Of a stretch of DNA of 64,000 nt, positions 12,880 to 25,200 are shown piece by piece. Source of the stretch: Fimicolochytrium jonesii (taxonomy: Eukaryota). A program made the translations under genes and the position numbers. The stretch covers positions 434,001 to 498,000 of the forward strand of contig NW_026515681.1 of assembly GCF_025526975.1 (NCBI RefSeq), read 5' to 3'. The notes below the pieces were generated by a model. It did no database searches, was not told the origin of the DNA, and saw only the letters and a list, made by a program, of their open reading frames with translations. The first letter of the stretch is position 1, and each line of letters starts with the position of its first letter.

Positions 12880-15438
12880 AGTTGACAAGCCAAGTAACTC
12901 TATCTAATAGTCTGGTACTGCACCTCTTTCTATAGACAACATTGTAAAGACGACCATCATATACGATCTGACCATCGTCGGCTACTTCCGATCTCGCGCA
13001 CAATAGGTTGTGAGCCCTGCTTGCGAAGCCGAAGAGAGATAGGTTCAGGATCGTATGAAGATAAGTAGTAGTGGAACGATCACCACAACACACCAGTTTA
13101 GCCCGCACTCTGGAGCACCATGGCTGTAGAACGAAGCCCGTACGGCACCCGATCTCGCACCGCAGAAGCCACTGCTGGAGCCAGAACCAAAGCTACAGCA
13201 GACCACACTGCAGAAGCGCACTCGGCGCTCAGAGCTGTAGAGGAATAGCAGGAGATCAGAGGCCGGAAGGGACACCCGGAGGGAGCCGGAGGGAGGATGG
13301 GGCATTGAAGAAAGGCTTTTCAAGCTGGAACAACAACTACACATGATGAATGAACAACTGCACGAACAAAAGAAGCTCATGGAAGACCAAAGAAGGGTAT
13401 TGGAAGTCATCATGAAGATGCAAGCTGCCCAGCTTCAAACCACAGAAGAAAAGGAAGCGGAAGGGATCCTGGAGAAGGAAGTCGTCGTACCGAGCTGGAC
13501 GGTATCGCCCATGCCCAGTACCGCCAGTGAAGCAAACGTTTCGTTCAATACGAACCAGCTGTTGAAGGAGATCCCTAAATACGACGGCAATGTGGGAAAA
13601 CCGCAGGTACTTTACGAATTTATTTGTAAGGTCGAAGACTACCTCAGTACCGAAGATCTACCTCCCAACCTCTAGATCAAAGTCGTCACCAGCAAGTTCA
13701 CCTCAACCGCAGACATCTGGTGGAGGACAATGACTTCGGGAAAGAAACACAGCAAGATCCCCGCTACCTGGGAAGGCTTGAATACCGCACTCGAGAAGCG
13801 CTGCATTCCTCCCGCTTTCGGTACGATGATAAGGGATGAACTAGACGGGCTAAAACAAACTTCATCAGCTATCGCGTACAACGCAGCCTTCAACCGTCTG
13901 GCCATGCAGATCCCCGACTACCAGCGGAGATCGAACATCGGTACCTGAAAGATCTTTGACAACCCATCTACTCGGCGATCATTAGTAAAGGCCTAACTAT
14001 GCTCGATGCCATGCGAGAAGCCGCTGCTCATCAAGAGCAGATGATGGGCGCTCTAGCCCCACAGATCGTATCGCCCGACGACCGTTAAGCCCACAACACC
14101 GAAACGGGGAAGCCCAAAGATGACGACACCGAAGCTCACAACATCGAGAAGGCCTAAAACGGATACACCACCTAGGAGGGTATCGAGGCCGCGGTCCAGG
14201 CCATGGTGGATATCGCGGACCTCCAGACCTTCCCTGTAGACTGTGCGGCATCACCGGACACTGGACCAGCACCTGCCCTCAATTCGACGCTGCGAAGAAC
14301 TTCCTGCTCGACAAAAAGACGGTCAAAGAAGAAAAAGAAGCCGAAGCGAATCTCGTCCTTGCTACCCACCGCAACGCCGACAGTATCGCGCTTGACTCGT
14401 GTGCCACACACCACGTTGTCAAAGACGAGTTCATGCTCGAGTATCTTCATCCAATCGCACCCGTTACCATCGTCGCAGCGAACAACCAGACCATCGAGGC
14501 AAAGAAGGCTGGTACTCTGAAGATCATCAACAATAGCAACCCCACGAAAACCATCATCGTCAAAAACGTACTATACGCACCCCGCGCGAAGCGAATCCTC
14601 TGCAGCACCGCCCCATTTCTGGACGACAGGTACGAAATCCAATTCCGAAAAGAAAGGGCCACAATCCTCAAAGAAGGCGAAGTCGTACCCCCGGTACACC
14701 ACAATGGCAACGTCCTCTCGTGAAGAGATATATCGAAGGCAAGCCGGATGTTTTCATCTTCGCGCTAGAGGGAAAGGAAATGACCGCGATGTCAGTAAAG
14801 TATGGCACCAGCATCTTGGACATGTCGGATGGAAAGCACTTCAAGCTGCGAAACTGCAGTACAATCTCGGCATCAGCGCACATACCAAACCCACACAACC
14901 TTGCGTGGGCCGTCAAAAAGGAAATCTCACCCGAAGACTCTTCATGGGATCAAACCCTCGGCCTGGTACCACCCGTCTGGGCAGGATCCACTCAGATCTA
15001 CTAGACATCGGTCCGAAAAACCAACCTTTCAACGGAAAACGGTACCTTCCCTGGTTGATCGATGAATACTCATGATACTCAGTTATCTACGCTCTCACCA
15101 ACAAAAACAAAGTGATCTCCCGATGGCGTGATTTCAAAGCCTATGCCAAGCACCACTGCGGAACAAAGGTCAAGGAACTCCGCTGTGATAACGGAGGCAA
15201 ATACAACAATAAAGAACTTCTAGAAGAACTGCGTAAAGAAGGGATCGTCATGATACCTACCCAGCCGTACTCTTCACAACAAAACAGCATCGCTGAAACG
15301 TTCAAGCATACGATAATGGACCAAGTTCGCACCAGAAACCAGACTGGGAACGTACCCAACAACCTCTGGAACGAAAGAGCCCTTATGGTCAACTACCTGC
15401 CTCAATGCACACCCACTGCAGCTACAACCGAGCGCCTT
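12880..15438 (+). mobile_element. Ty1/copia element A, decayed and 3'-truncated (gag, CCHC, protease, integrase)
   Basis: Putative LTR end CAATA at ~13005 followed by the PBS GGTTGTGAGCCC (13006-13017). Gag at 13343-13950; knuckle CRLCGITGHWTSTC at ~14235; protease LDSCATHH at ~14390; WHQHLGH, IHSDL and LRCDNGG integrase motifs. Many frameshifts and stops. LTR start is uncertain. Confidence 0.85.
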
Positions 15439-15790
15439 TATTGAAACCTTACCTGATGTAGGTGTATCTGAGAGGTCACTCAGACCGAATCGCCGATGCC
15501 TGAGAGACGTGGGCGCCCAAAGGGCAGTGTTGTGATGTAGAAGACAGTACTGTAAGCTAGAGCAGTGCGATAGAAAGATGTGTATTGAAGAGGATATTGT
15601 GAAGGGAGGGGATGGGCAACATGTCTGCCTTTTATAGGATTCTGGAGCTACGTTCTTGTGGATCTAGCTATGTGCTGGGCCCGCCGTCCAAAGCACCCCT
15701 TTCAGACCCCTCAAGACGCCAAAGATGTCTCTGAGTGCCGCAGTTGACGTTGTTAAGGTTGGTAAGGTTTTTGCCAAGTCTGTGTACCCC
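15439..15790 (-). mobile_element. Copia family E LTR fragment plus adjoining remnant
   Basis: Similar to 29533-29800 (tattgaaaccttacctgatgtaggtgtatctgagaggtcact...). Confidence 0.7.
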
Positions 15791-15793
15791 ATG

Positions 15794-16147
15794 TGTCGGG
15801 GGTATCTCATATTCACTTGCATTTCATATTATACTTCTTTACTCTTACACGATCCGAGACTCGGGTGGTGGAGAATGGGGGTATCTCATATTCACTTGTA
15901 TTTCATATTATACTTCTTTACTCTTACACGATCCGAGACTCGGGCTGGCCACCCGAGCTCTAGGTGATACACTACATACGGCGCCAAGCCTCACTGAAGC
16001 CACGCAAGCCCCACTGGCAGCCCCTATATAAAGCTGTCAGTCGAGCGGCCGCTGCGAAGAGCTTCTTACTTTTTTCTTCACTACAATACACTGCTCTCAG
16101 CCCTCTCAGAAGGGCCCAATATCATCTACGTTTCCTCTGACGTTACC
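15794..16147 (+). mobile_element. Solo LTR of gypsy family C with 5-bp TSD CCATG and an internal ~75-bp duplication
   Basis: Reverse complement of the LTRs at 35930, 49567 and 57918. CCATG occurs at 15789-15793 and 16148-16152. Confidence 0.88.
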
Positions 16148-16175
16148 CCATGGGCTGTCTGCTGATGTCCCATGG

Positions 16176-16573
16176 TGTGAAAGTGATCAGGTTGACGGCG
16201 TACAAGGAGATGAGGAGATTCAAGAGGAGATTAGTATTTGTGCACGTATGACCAGCGTGATCAGTAGTAGGATAGAGACACACCCCCCCTTCCCCCCCAC
16301 TATAAAAGGACTCCACTGGCTTAGATTGACCCGCAAGGCATTTCACAGCTGTTGACCAGACCCTAAGTTTGTACCAGCATGGACTAGCATACCCATGACT
16401 AGCAGTTTGGTGTTGCCAATATATGGAGTACGCCCAAGCATGTCTACTTCTGTGGTGAAAATAGGGATTCAGTTGGCCTCTGCGTTTTACCTTGGACTCT
16501 CCACAAGAAGATCATCTCCACCCGCAAACGACCCGATTTAGGACCTACCTCAGGGAATACTCGACCACTTACA
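16176..16573 (+). mobile_element. LTR of family F (the same LTR family as the PHD-TET element), diverged
   Basis: TGTGAAAGTGATCAGG...CCACTTACA aligns by eye with the reverse complement of 32709-33124. No TSD. Confidence 0.82.
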
Positions 16574-17404
16574 GACATCACTGCATAAGAACTCGTTCGG
16601 AAAATCAAGTTGATGAATCTCCATACCGAGGCAGATGGCTATAGCGAGGAAGAGGTATAGGACTGCCATAGGCAGCATAGGTGCGTAGGTGTTGGTGCAA
16701 TCGATGCCGTTTACGGATTGCTGGCCAAAACCTTGAACGACCCCGCAGCCCTTGAATTTCTTGAAAGTACCGTTCGGGTTAAAGATTTGATGAAGCACCC
16801 AAGTACTACCGAGTACGCGCTGACTGCGCAGATGGGTACAAGTTCCCAAGTTTTGTTATTGACAAGAGCTTGGAACTCTTTATCAGCCGTGAGCTTGAAG
16901 TCAGCTGAGTGAGGACAAGCCATCGCTCGGTGCCATGTCATAGTGACTGTGTGTAATAATGCTAGGTCCGTTGCCAGAGGCTAGCTCTGTCTCCGCTCGA
17001 TGTATTGAAAAAATTCTAGAATTTCTACCTCCTGGGGCGCCGCCCGAAGGCTTTTCTTCCCTTCGGGAGTCACCCCAGAGCGTAGGACTCCAATATAATC
17101 TATGCTACACGTGATCTCATGCCCTACGCGCTTCCCCGCACTAAGGTGACACCTGCAGCACCTCATTACACCCCCCTTAGAGCCAAGTGTCACTCCGACA
17201 GCGACCGCACCTGTCAGTCGCTCCCCGCTGTTACTTGATGTGGAGCTGACACAGGTGTCGGCCATGAGGAGTGCGCATGGCTCTACTGGAGCGGCTGGCG
17301 TCACCGGCGGTCACCACGATGGCAATCAGATCCACCCCGATATGAGGTAGAGATGATCCGGCCGCATCTGGTCGTGGGGCGCTGTGGTCCTTGTCCGTTT
17401 GGCA

Positions 17405-17411
17405 TATAAAA
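17405..17411 (+). promoter_or_regulatory. TATA box (TATAAAA) of the antisense cargo gene; second copy at ~21583
   Basis: TATAAAA lies about 100 nt upstream of a Kozak-context caccATGG at 17512. Confidence 0.55.
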
Positions 17412-17511
17412 GGAAGGCAGTAGTCCCCTCGGCACCTTCCTGCCAGTCCTCGGACTTACATTTCTTGCTCCCAATCTCGTAACCTCTCACCGTCGCCGTT
17501 CCCCTCTCACC

Positions 17512-18104
17512 ATGGCCAGCGTAGCTCCTCCTGCCAAGCCCACCGCCGCCGGCCCGTCATCGGGCAAGAAGAAAGTAGGCGAGGGCCCCACCAAAGGGGA
17601 CAGCCTAAAGAAGGCTCTCAAGCGACAGCAAGCGCTGAGTCCATGGAGGGCGCCCAATTGACCGAACTTACGTGTTTGACCAATTTTCTCTCAGGACACC
17701 CCCGAGGTGCACTCGGACAGTACCACTGAGCCCCCGGCTCCACCGGCCCGACCTACGTGTTGGAACTGCAACAGGTAGCGCCCCCGCAAGATGTTCCTCT
17801 CGGCGTGCCAGCACGTTATATGCCGGCCTTGCATCCTCCCGCTCTGTGATGACACCGTAAGGAACCGCATGTTATGGGTGGTTCCCGTGAGGTGACTGAC
17901 AGCTAACGTCTCTTCCCGACAGACCGACACTCCCGTCGGGGAGTTCACGTGCGGCTACGTTGACGGTTTCGGGGAGGAGTGTGAAGCGCCGCTCTTCCGC
18001 CAGGCGCTACCCTGCACCTGTGTGTGGCCCGACTGCGATTGTCTGGCCCAGGACGTGCGGGTCTTCCCCTGCAACCACATCCAGTGTATGGGGCATGTCC
18101 GCGC
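17512..18104 (+). pseudogene. Spliced RING-finger protein gene carried antisense within gypsy B (copy 1); 3'-truncated
   Basis: Exons 17512-17634, 17695-17856 and 17923-18104. Spliced product ...TCWNCNR*RPRKMFLSACQHVICRPCILPLCDDT/TDTPVGEFTCGYVDGFGEECEAPL...CVWPDCDC...PCNHIQCMGH. Intron 2 reads GTAAGG..GCTAAC..CAG. Confidence 0.75.
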
Positions 18105-21100
18105 GTAAGTACAACAGTCTTGAACCGACCATGTGCGCGCAGAACTCGACCTGGTCCGCTGCCCACTGACATTTGGACGGTTTCACGTGGAGGCGGTGAG
18201 CCGAGGGGTCTTGAGCACTTCGGTGACATGCCCGATGTGTGAGTCCATGTCGGGGCTGAAAATAAGGATGTCATCGAGGTAAGAGATGAGGTATGAGTCG
18301 TACTTGTTGCCCAGGAGTTTGTTTGTGAGGCGTTGGAACGTCGCGGGCGCGTTCGTCAGCCCGAAGGGTACTACGTTGTACTGGAAGTGGCCAAAGCGCG
18401 TCCGGAAGGCAGTCTTCTCACGGTCTTCCTCCCGAATGAGGATGCAGTGGTAGGCATCGCGGATGTCGATAGCGGTGAAGACCTTCATGCCAACGAGGCG
18501 GTCCCAAAGCTCGTTGAGGTTCGGGAGGGGGGAGGCGTCCTTATGGGTCATCTTGTTGAGGGCCCGGTAGTTGATGCAGCAGCGGAGGCCACCGTCCTTC
18601 TTTGGGGCGAACAGCACGGGTGCCCCCCAGGGGCTCTTAGAGTGGGAGATCCACCCGCGGGATGATAGGCGCTCAAGTTGCTGCCGTAGCTCGTCGAGTT
18701 CATCGGGGGCCAAGTGGCGGAGTGGGAGCATAAAGGCTTGGAGCCGGGCTTCAGATTGATGCTGAAGTTGTCGTCGCTGCGGTCCGGCGGGAGGCCGGTC
18801 TGTTCGGTGAAGAGGGTATCTGTAAACTGTTCCAACGTCGGGCGAAGAGGGTGGTTGGCGACCGACGCGAGTGGATCCTCTGGGGTGGTATCCGGAGGGG
18901 TGGCCGTTGCCTCTCGGTCCGCCAGGATCGCACGTTTCTTTGCCTTGACCGTGCGAAGAAAGTTATCCTCGGCTTTGGCGACGTCCACAAGGGCGTCGTC
19001 TGTGGCCAGGTCCACCTCCGTGTCCGTGCGTGAGACCCATGCTTATCCCTCTTGATCGCTCGCTTGAATTGTTTGGCCGTGAGGAAGCCCTCCTCATTTA
19101 AGGCCGCGCGCTTTGGGTAGAAACCGCGGGGGCGAGGGCCCATATGAGGTTCAAGTAACCGGGCCGCGCAAGCGCTGGGTTGTTGCCATCAGCGGGTGGT
19201 AGGTTTAGCGCGGAAAGTTAGTACGGTTGCGTTAGCCTCGAATTGAAGCGCCGGGAACCCATTGTCGCGCCATGAGCGTATGAGGTCAAGGTCCAGGATG
19301 TAGGGTAGCCCTAGGATAACATCCGCGCGGATCGGGGCCACAACAAATGGGACCCGAGGGGTCTTATGAGGTATTCGTTCCTCCGTGAAGACGGAAAGGT
19401 CTGCACAAATCATCCGCGGGGCGCCGTATGATCAGGCTTTGTCACCCAGCGCACCTCAAGGGGCGTGGGACAGTCGTACGTGTTAAGATCATGGCGTTGG
19501 GCGAATGAGTCGCTGATGAGCATGGTATTGCAACCAGTGTCTATGAGGATGCGGCAGAAGATGCCGCCGACACGTCCGGGAGAAAATCCTGACTGTCAAC
19601 GGAGTATGCGGGGCTTGGGAGCTCCTCCGCGGCCAAATGGAACTCGTCGTTGTCATCATCGAAGGCCTCGGCGGGCGCCGCCGAGATCTTGAGTTGGTCC
19701 GGGTTCTTAGGGCACGCTCGGGCTTAGTGGTCCTTGCTGCCACAAGTGTGACATTGGCCTCGCTGAGTTTTCCTCTCCTTCCCAAGGGGTACTCGGTTGG
19801 AGTTGAAGGTGCGGGGTGTATCGCACTTGTCGCGGGCGTGGGCCGGAGTGGCCGTAGCGTGTTGGACCCGTTTGCCATCTTCCGAAATGCGGGCGATCCC
19901 GTCGGCATAACCCCTGATGCAGAAGGCCCTCTGAGCGGCTTCCTGAAGGGTCTTGATGGAACATCTTCGTCCTCATCGCCCTTTTGTAGGATGAACTGGT
20001 AACACTGCTCACGGATGCGACGTCCGACCTGCTGGAAGGTCAGCCCGTTCAGGAAGTACTCACGTTCCTATCCCGGCGTGAGATGTTCCTTTTCGGGGAG
20101 GATAGCGATCTGTGTGGTCAGTGCATTGAAGGCCGAAATGTAGTCGGACATGCTGTCATTGAACTTCAGGGCGGCCAGTTTCGCCTCAACCAGATTACGG
20201 AGGTTGGCGGGGTAGAACCTGCGCCTGAGTGCCTTCAGGAACCGTTCCCGGGTGGCGGGAGGCTCTCCGGAGCGAGCCTCAAGCTTCCACCACACAGCGG
20301 CGTGTCCCGACAAGTGGGCTACGAAGTGTTTCACATCCCTGTCCTCCGTTATGAATTCGGTGGCTTCCAGATAGCGTAGGTGGGCGTCGACAAACCCGTC
20401 CAGTTTGGCGACCATGTCTTTACCATTAGCCTTACCGTCGGACTTGGTCAGCATCTTAGCCAAGGTGGTTCGGAACTCCTTCTCGGCGGCCGCCTTGCGC
20501 TTACGCTTTCCGCTAGCCGCCAAATGGTCCTCGCGGCTAACCCGTACTCCAGCAAAGGGGCTGTCATCTGGGCGGTCCCTCTCCAGGCGCTCGAATCGCT
20601 GCTGGAGTTGGGCGGTGGTGTTGGCCAGCTGGGTTAGGATTTGGAGGATTGTTGCCTGGGCGTTCTCCTGTCGGGCTGGGGTACGGCTCCTGCGCCGCAT
20701 GGGGGAGCGGCTTCGGGTCCTCGCCGGGGAGCGGCTGCGGTAGCGACTTGCTAAGCGGCTCCTTGGACGGGGTGGGGAGATGCTCCTGCGACCTCGTCGT
20801 CCGCGCCTGTATCGCTCTGGCGTCCGATTCCAGCGTCGGGGGTCCGGGCTTCGACGTCGACAAGGTGAGCGTGAGCGGGAGTGCCTCCTTCCAGGTGGCG
20901 ACCACGGGGGTGACCCCCTGCGCCTGTGCAAGGGGCGGTTATGCTCCGCGGGGCCGTTGCCTTGGCGTTGGTCGCCGTCGAAGCGTTGCGCCCTTCGATG
21001 CGGGTGTTCAAATGGGTCAAGCTCTAAGCGGTCATTGTTAACTATCGCATAGCTGACGGCGGTATTAGCACCCGCCTGAGAGTTGCTCATCGTAGGTTGC

Positions 21101-21689
21101 CGGAGAGATCTTGAAGGGTGGTGCTACCATGTAATAATGCTAGGTCCGTTGCCAGAGGCTAGCTCTGTCTCCGCTCGATGTATAGAAAGAATTCTAGAGT
21201 TTCTACCTCCCGGGGCGCCGCCCGAAGGCTTTTCTTCCCTTCGGGAGTCACCCCAGAGCGTAGGACTCCAATATAATCTATGCTACACGTGATCTCATGC
21301 CCTACGCGCTTCCCCGCACTAAGGTGACACCTGCAGCACCTCATTACACCCCCCTTAGAGCCAAGTGTCACTCCGACAGCGACCGCACCTGTCAGTCGCT
21401 CCCCGCTGTTACTTGATGTGGAGCTGACACAGGTATCGGCCATGAGGAGTGCGCATGGCTCTACTGGAGCGGCTGGCGTCACCGGCGGTCACCACGATGG
21501 CAATCAGATCCACCCCGATATGAGGTAGAGATGATCCGGCCGCATCTGGTCGTGGGACGCTATGGTCCTTGTCCGTTTGGCATATAAAAGGAAGGCAGTA
21601 GTCCCCTCGGCACCTTCCTGCCAGTCCTCGGACTTACATTTCTTGCTCCCAATCTTGTAACCTCTCACCGTCGCCGTTCCCCTCTCACC

Positions 21690-22282
21690 ATGGCCAGCGT
21701 AGCTCCTCCTGCCAAGCCCACCGCCGCCGGCCCGTCATCGGGCAAGAAGAAAGTAGGCGAGGGCCCCACCAAAGGGGACAGCCTAAAGAAGGCTCTCAAG
21801 CGACAGCAAGCGCTGAGTCCATGGAGGGCGCCCAATTGACCGAACTTACGTGTTTGACCAATTTTCTCTCAGGACACCCCCGAGGTGCACTCGGACAGTA
21901 CCACTGAGCCCCCGGCTCCACCGGCCCGACCTACGTGTTGGAACTGCAACAGGTAGCGCCCCCGCAAGATGTTCCTCTCGGCGTGCCAGCACGTTATATG
22001 CCGGCCTTGCATCCTCCCGCTCTGTGATGACACCGTAAGGAACCGCATGTTATGGGTGGTTCCCGTGAGGTGACTGACAGCTAACGTCTCTTCCCGACAG
22101 ACCGACACTCCCGTCGGGGAGTTCACGTGCGGCTACGTTGACGGTTTCGGGGAGGAGTGTGAAGCGCCGCTCTTCCGCCAGGCGCTACCCTGCACCTGTG
22201 TGTGGCCCGACTGCGATTGTCTGGCCCAGGACGTGCGGGTCTTCCCCTGCAACCACATCCAGTGTATGGGGCATGTCCGCGC
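21690..22282 (+). pseudogene. Spliced RING-finger cargo gene, copy 2
   Basis: Near-identical to 17512-18104 at offset +4178, with the same lesions. Confidence 0.75.
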
Positions 22283-25200
22283 GTAAGTACAACAGTCTTG
22301 AACCGACCATGTGCGCGCAGAACTCGACCTGGTCCGCTGCCCACTGACATTTGGACGGTTTCACGTGGAGGCGGTGAGCCGAGGGGTCTTGAGCACTTCG
22401 GTGACATGCCCGATGTGTGAGTCCATGTCGGGGCTGAAAATAAGGATGTCATCGAGGTAAGAGATGAGGTATGAGTCGTACTTGTTGCCCAGGAGTTTGT
22501 TTGTGAGGCGTTGGAACGTCGCGGGCGCGTTCGTCAGCCCGAAGGGTACTACGTTGTACTGGAAGTGGCCAAAGCGCGTCCGGAAGGCAGTCTTCTCACG
22601 GTCTTCCTCCCGAATGAGGATGCAGTGGTAGGCATCGCGGATGTCGATAGCGGTGAAGACCTTCATGCCAACGAGGCGGTCCCAAAGCTCGTTGAGGTTC
22701 GGGAGGGGGGAGGCGTCCTTATGGGTCATCTTGTTGAGGGCCCGGTAGTTGATGCAGCAGCGGAGGCCACCGTCCTTCTTTGGGGCGAACAGCACGGGTG
22801 CCCCCCAGGGGCTCTTAGAGTGGGAGATCCACCCGCGGGATGATAGGCGCTCAAGTTGCTGCCGTAGCTCGTCGAGTTCATCGGGGGCCAAGTGGCGGAG
22901 TGGGAGCATAAAGGCTTGGAGCCGGGCTTCAGATTGATGCTGAAGTTGTCGTCGCTGCGGTCCGGCGGGAGGCCGGTCTGTTCGGTGAAGAGGGTATCTG
23001 TAAACTGTTCCAACGTCGGGCGAAGAGGGTGGTCGGCGACCGACGCGAGTGGATCCTCTGGGGTGGTATCCGGAGGGGTGGCCGTTGCCTCTCGGTCCGC
23101 CAGGATCGCACGTTTCTTTGCCTTGACCGTGCGAACAAAGTTATCCTCGGCTTTGGCGACGTCCGCAAGGGCGTCGTCTGTGGCCAGGTCCACCTCCGTG
23201 TCCGTGCGTGAGACCCATGCTTATCCCTCTTGATCGCTCGCTTGAATTGTTTGGCCGTGAGGAAGCCCTCCTCATTTAAGGCCGCGCGCTTTGGGTAGAA
23301 ACGGCGGGGGCGAGGGCCCATATGAGGTTCAAGTAACCGGGCCGCGCAAGCGCTGGGTTGTTGCCATCAGCGGGTGGTAGGTTTAGCGCGGAAAGTTAGT
23401 ACGGTTGCGTTAGCCTCGAATTGAAGCGCCGGGAACCCATTGTCGCGCCATGAGCGTATGAGGTCAAGGTCCAGGATGTAGGGTAGCCCTAGGATAACAT
23501 CCGCGCGGATCGGGGCCACAACAAATGGGACCCGAGGGGTCTTATGAGGTATTCGTTCCTCCGTGAAGACGGAAAGGTCTGCACAAATCATCCGCGGGGC
23601 GCCGTATGATCAGGCTTTGTCACCCAGCGCACCTCAAGGGGCGTGGGACAGTCGTACGTGTTAAGATCATGGCGTTGGGCGAATGAGTCGCTGATGAGCA
23701 TGGTATTGCAACCAGTGTCTATGAGGATGCGGCAGAAGATGCCGCCGACACGTCCGGGAGAAAATCCTGACTGTCAACGGAGTATGCGGGGCTTGGGAGC
23801 TCCTCCGCGGCCAAATGGAACTCGTCGTTGTCATCATCGAAGGCCTCGGCGGGCGCCGCCGAGATCTTGAGTTGGTCCGGGTTCTTAGGGCACGCTCGGG
23901 CTTAGTGGTCCTTGCTGCCACAAGTGTGACATTGGCCTCGCTGAGTTTTCCTCTCCTTCCCAAGGGGTACTCGGTTGGAGTTGAAGGTGCGGGGTGTATC
24001 GCACTTGTCGCGGGCGTGGGCCGGAGTGGCCGTAGCGTGTTGGACCCGTTTGCCATCTTCCGAAATGCGGGCGATCCCGTCGGCATAACCCCTGATGCAG
24101 AAGGCCCTCTGAGCGGCTTCCTGAAGGGTCTTGATGGAACATCTTCGTCCTCATCGCCCTTTTGTAGGATGAACTGGTAACACTGCTCACGGATGCGACG
24201 TCCGACCTGCTGGAAGGTCAGCCCGTTCAGGAAGTACTCACGTTCCTATCCCGGCGTGAGATGTTCCTTTTCGGGGAGGATAGCGATCTGTGTGGTCAGT
24301 GCATTGAAGGCCGAAATGTAGTCGGACATGCTGTCATTGAACTTCAGGGCGGCCAGTTTCGCCTCAACCAGATTACGGAGGTTGGCGGGGTAGAACCTGC
24401 GCCTGAGTGCCTTCAGGAACCGTTCCCGGGTGGCGGGAGGCTCTCCGGAGCGAGCCTCAAGCTTCCACCACACAGCGGCGTGTCCCGACAAGTGGGCTAC
24501 GAAGTGTTTCACATCCCTGTCCTCCGTTATGAATTCGGTGGCTTCCAGATAGCGTAGGTGGGCGTCGACAAACCCGTCCAGTTTGGCGACCATGTCTTTA
24601 CCATTAGCCTTACCGTCGGACTTGGTCAGCATCTTAGCCAAGGTGGTTCGGAACTCCTTCTCGGCGGCCGCCTTGCGCTTACGCTTTCCGCTAGCCGCCA
24701 AATGGTCCCGCGGCTAACCCGTACTCCAGCAAAGGGGCTGTCATCTGGGCGGTCCCTCTCCAGGCGCTCGAATCGCTGCTGGAGTTGGGCGGTGGTGTTG
24801 GCCAGCTGGGTTAGGATTTGGAGGATTGTTGCCTGGGCGTTCTCCTGTCGGGCTGGGGTACGGCTCCTGCGCCGCATGGGGGAGCGGCTTCGGGTCCTCG
24901 CCGGGGAGCGGCTGCGGTAGCGACTTGCTAAGCGGCTCCTTCGACGGGGTGGGGAGATGCTCCTGCGACCTCGTCGTCCGCGCCTGTATCGCTCTGGCGT
25001 CCGATTCCAGCGTCGGGGGTCCGGGCTTCGACGTCGACGAGGTGAGCGTGAGCGGGAGTGCCTCCTTCCAGGTGGCGACCACGGGGGTAACCCCCTGCGC
25101 CTGTGCAAGGGGCGGTTATGCTCCGCGGGGCCGTTGCCTTGGCGTTGGTCGCCGTCGAAGCGTTGCGCCCTTCGATGCGGGTGTTCAAATGGGTCAAGCT

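Noticed and set aside
12428..13108. 226-aa minus-strand ORF
   Set aside because: It has no recognisable domain and straddles the velvet upstream region and the edge of copia A, so it is probably a chance ORF.
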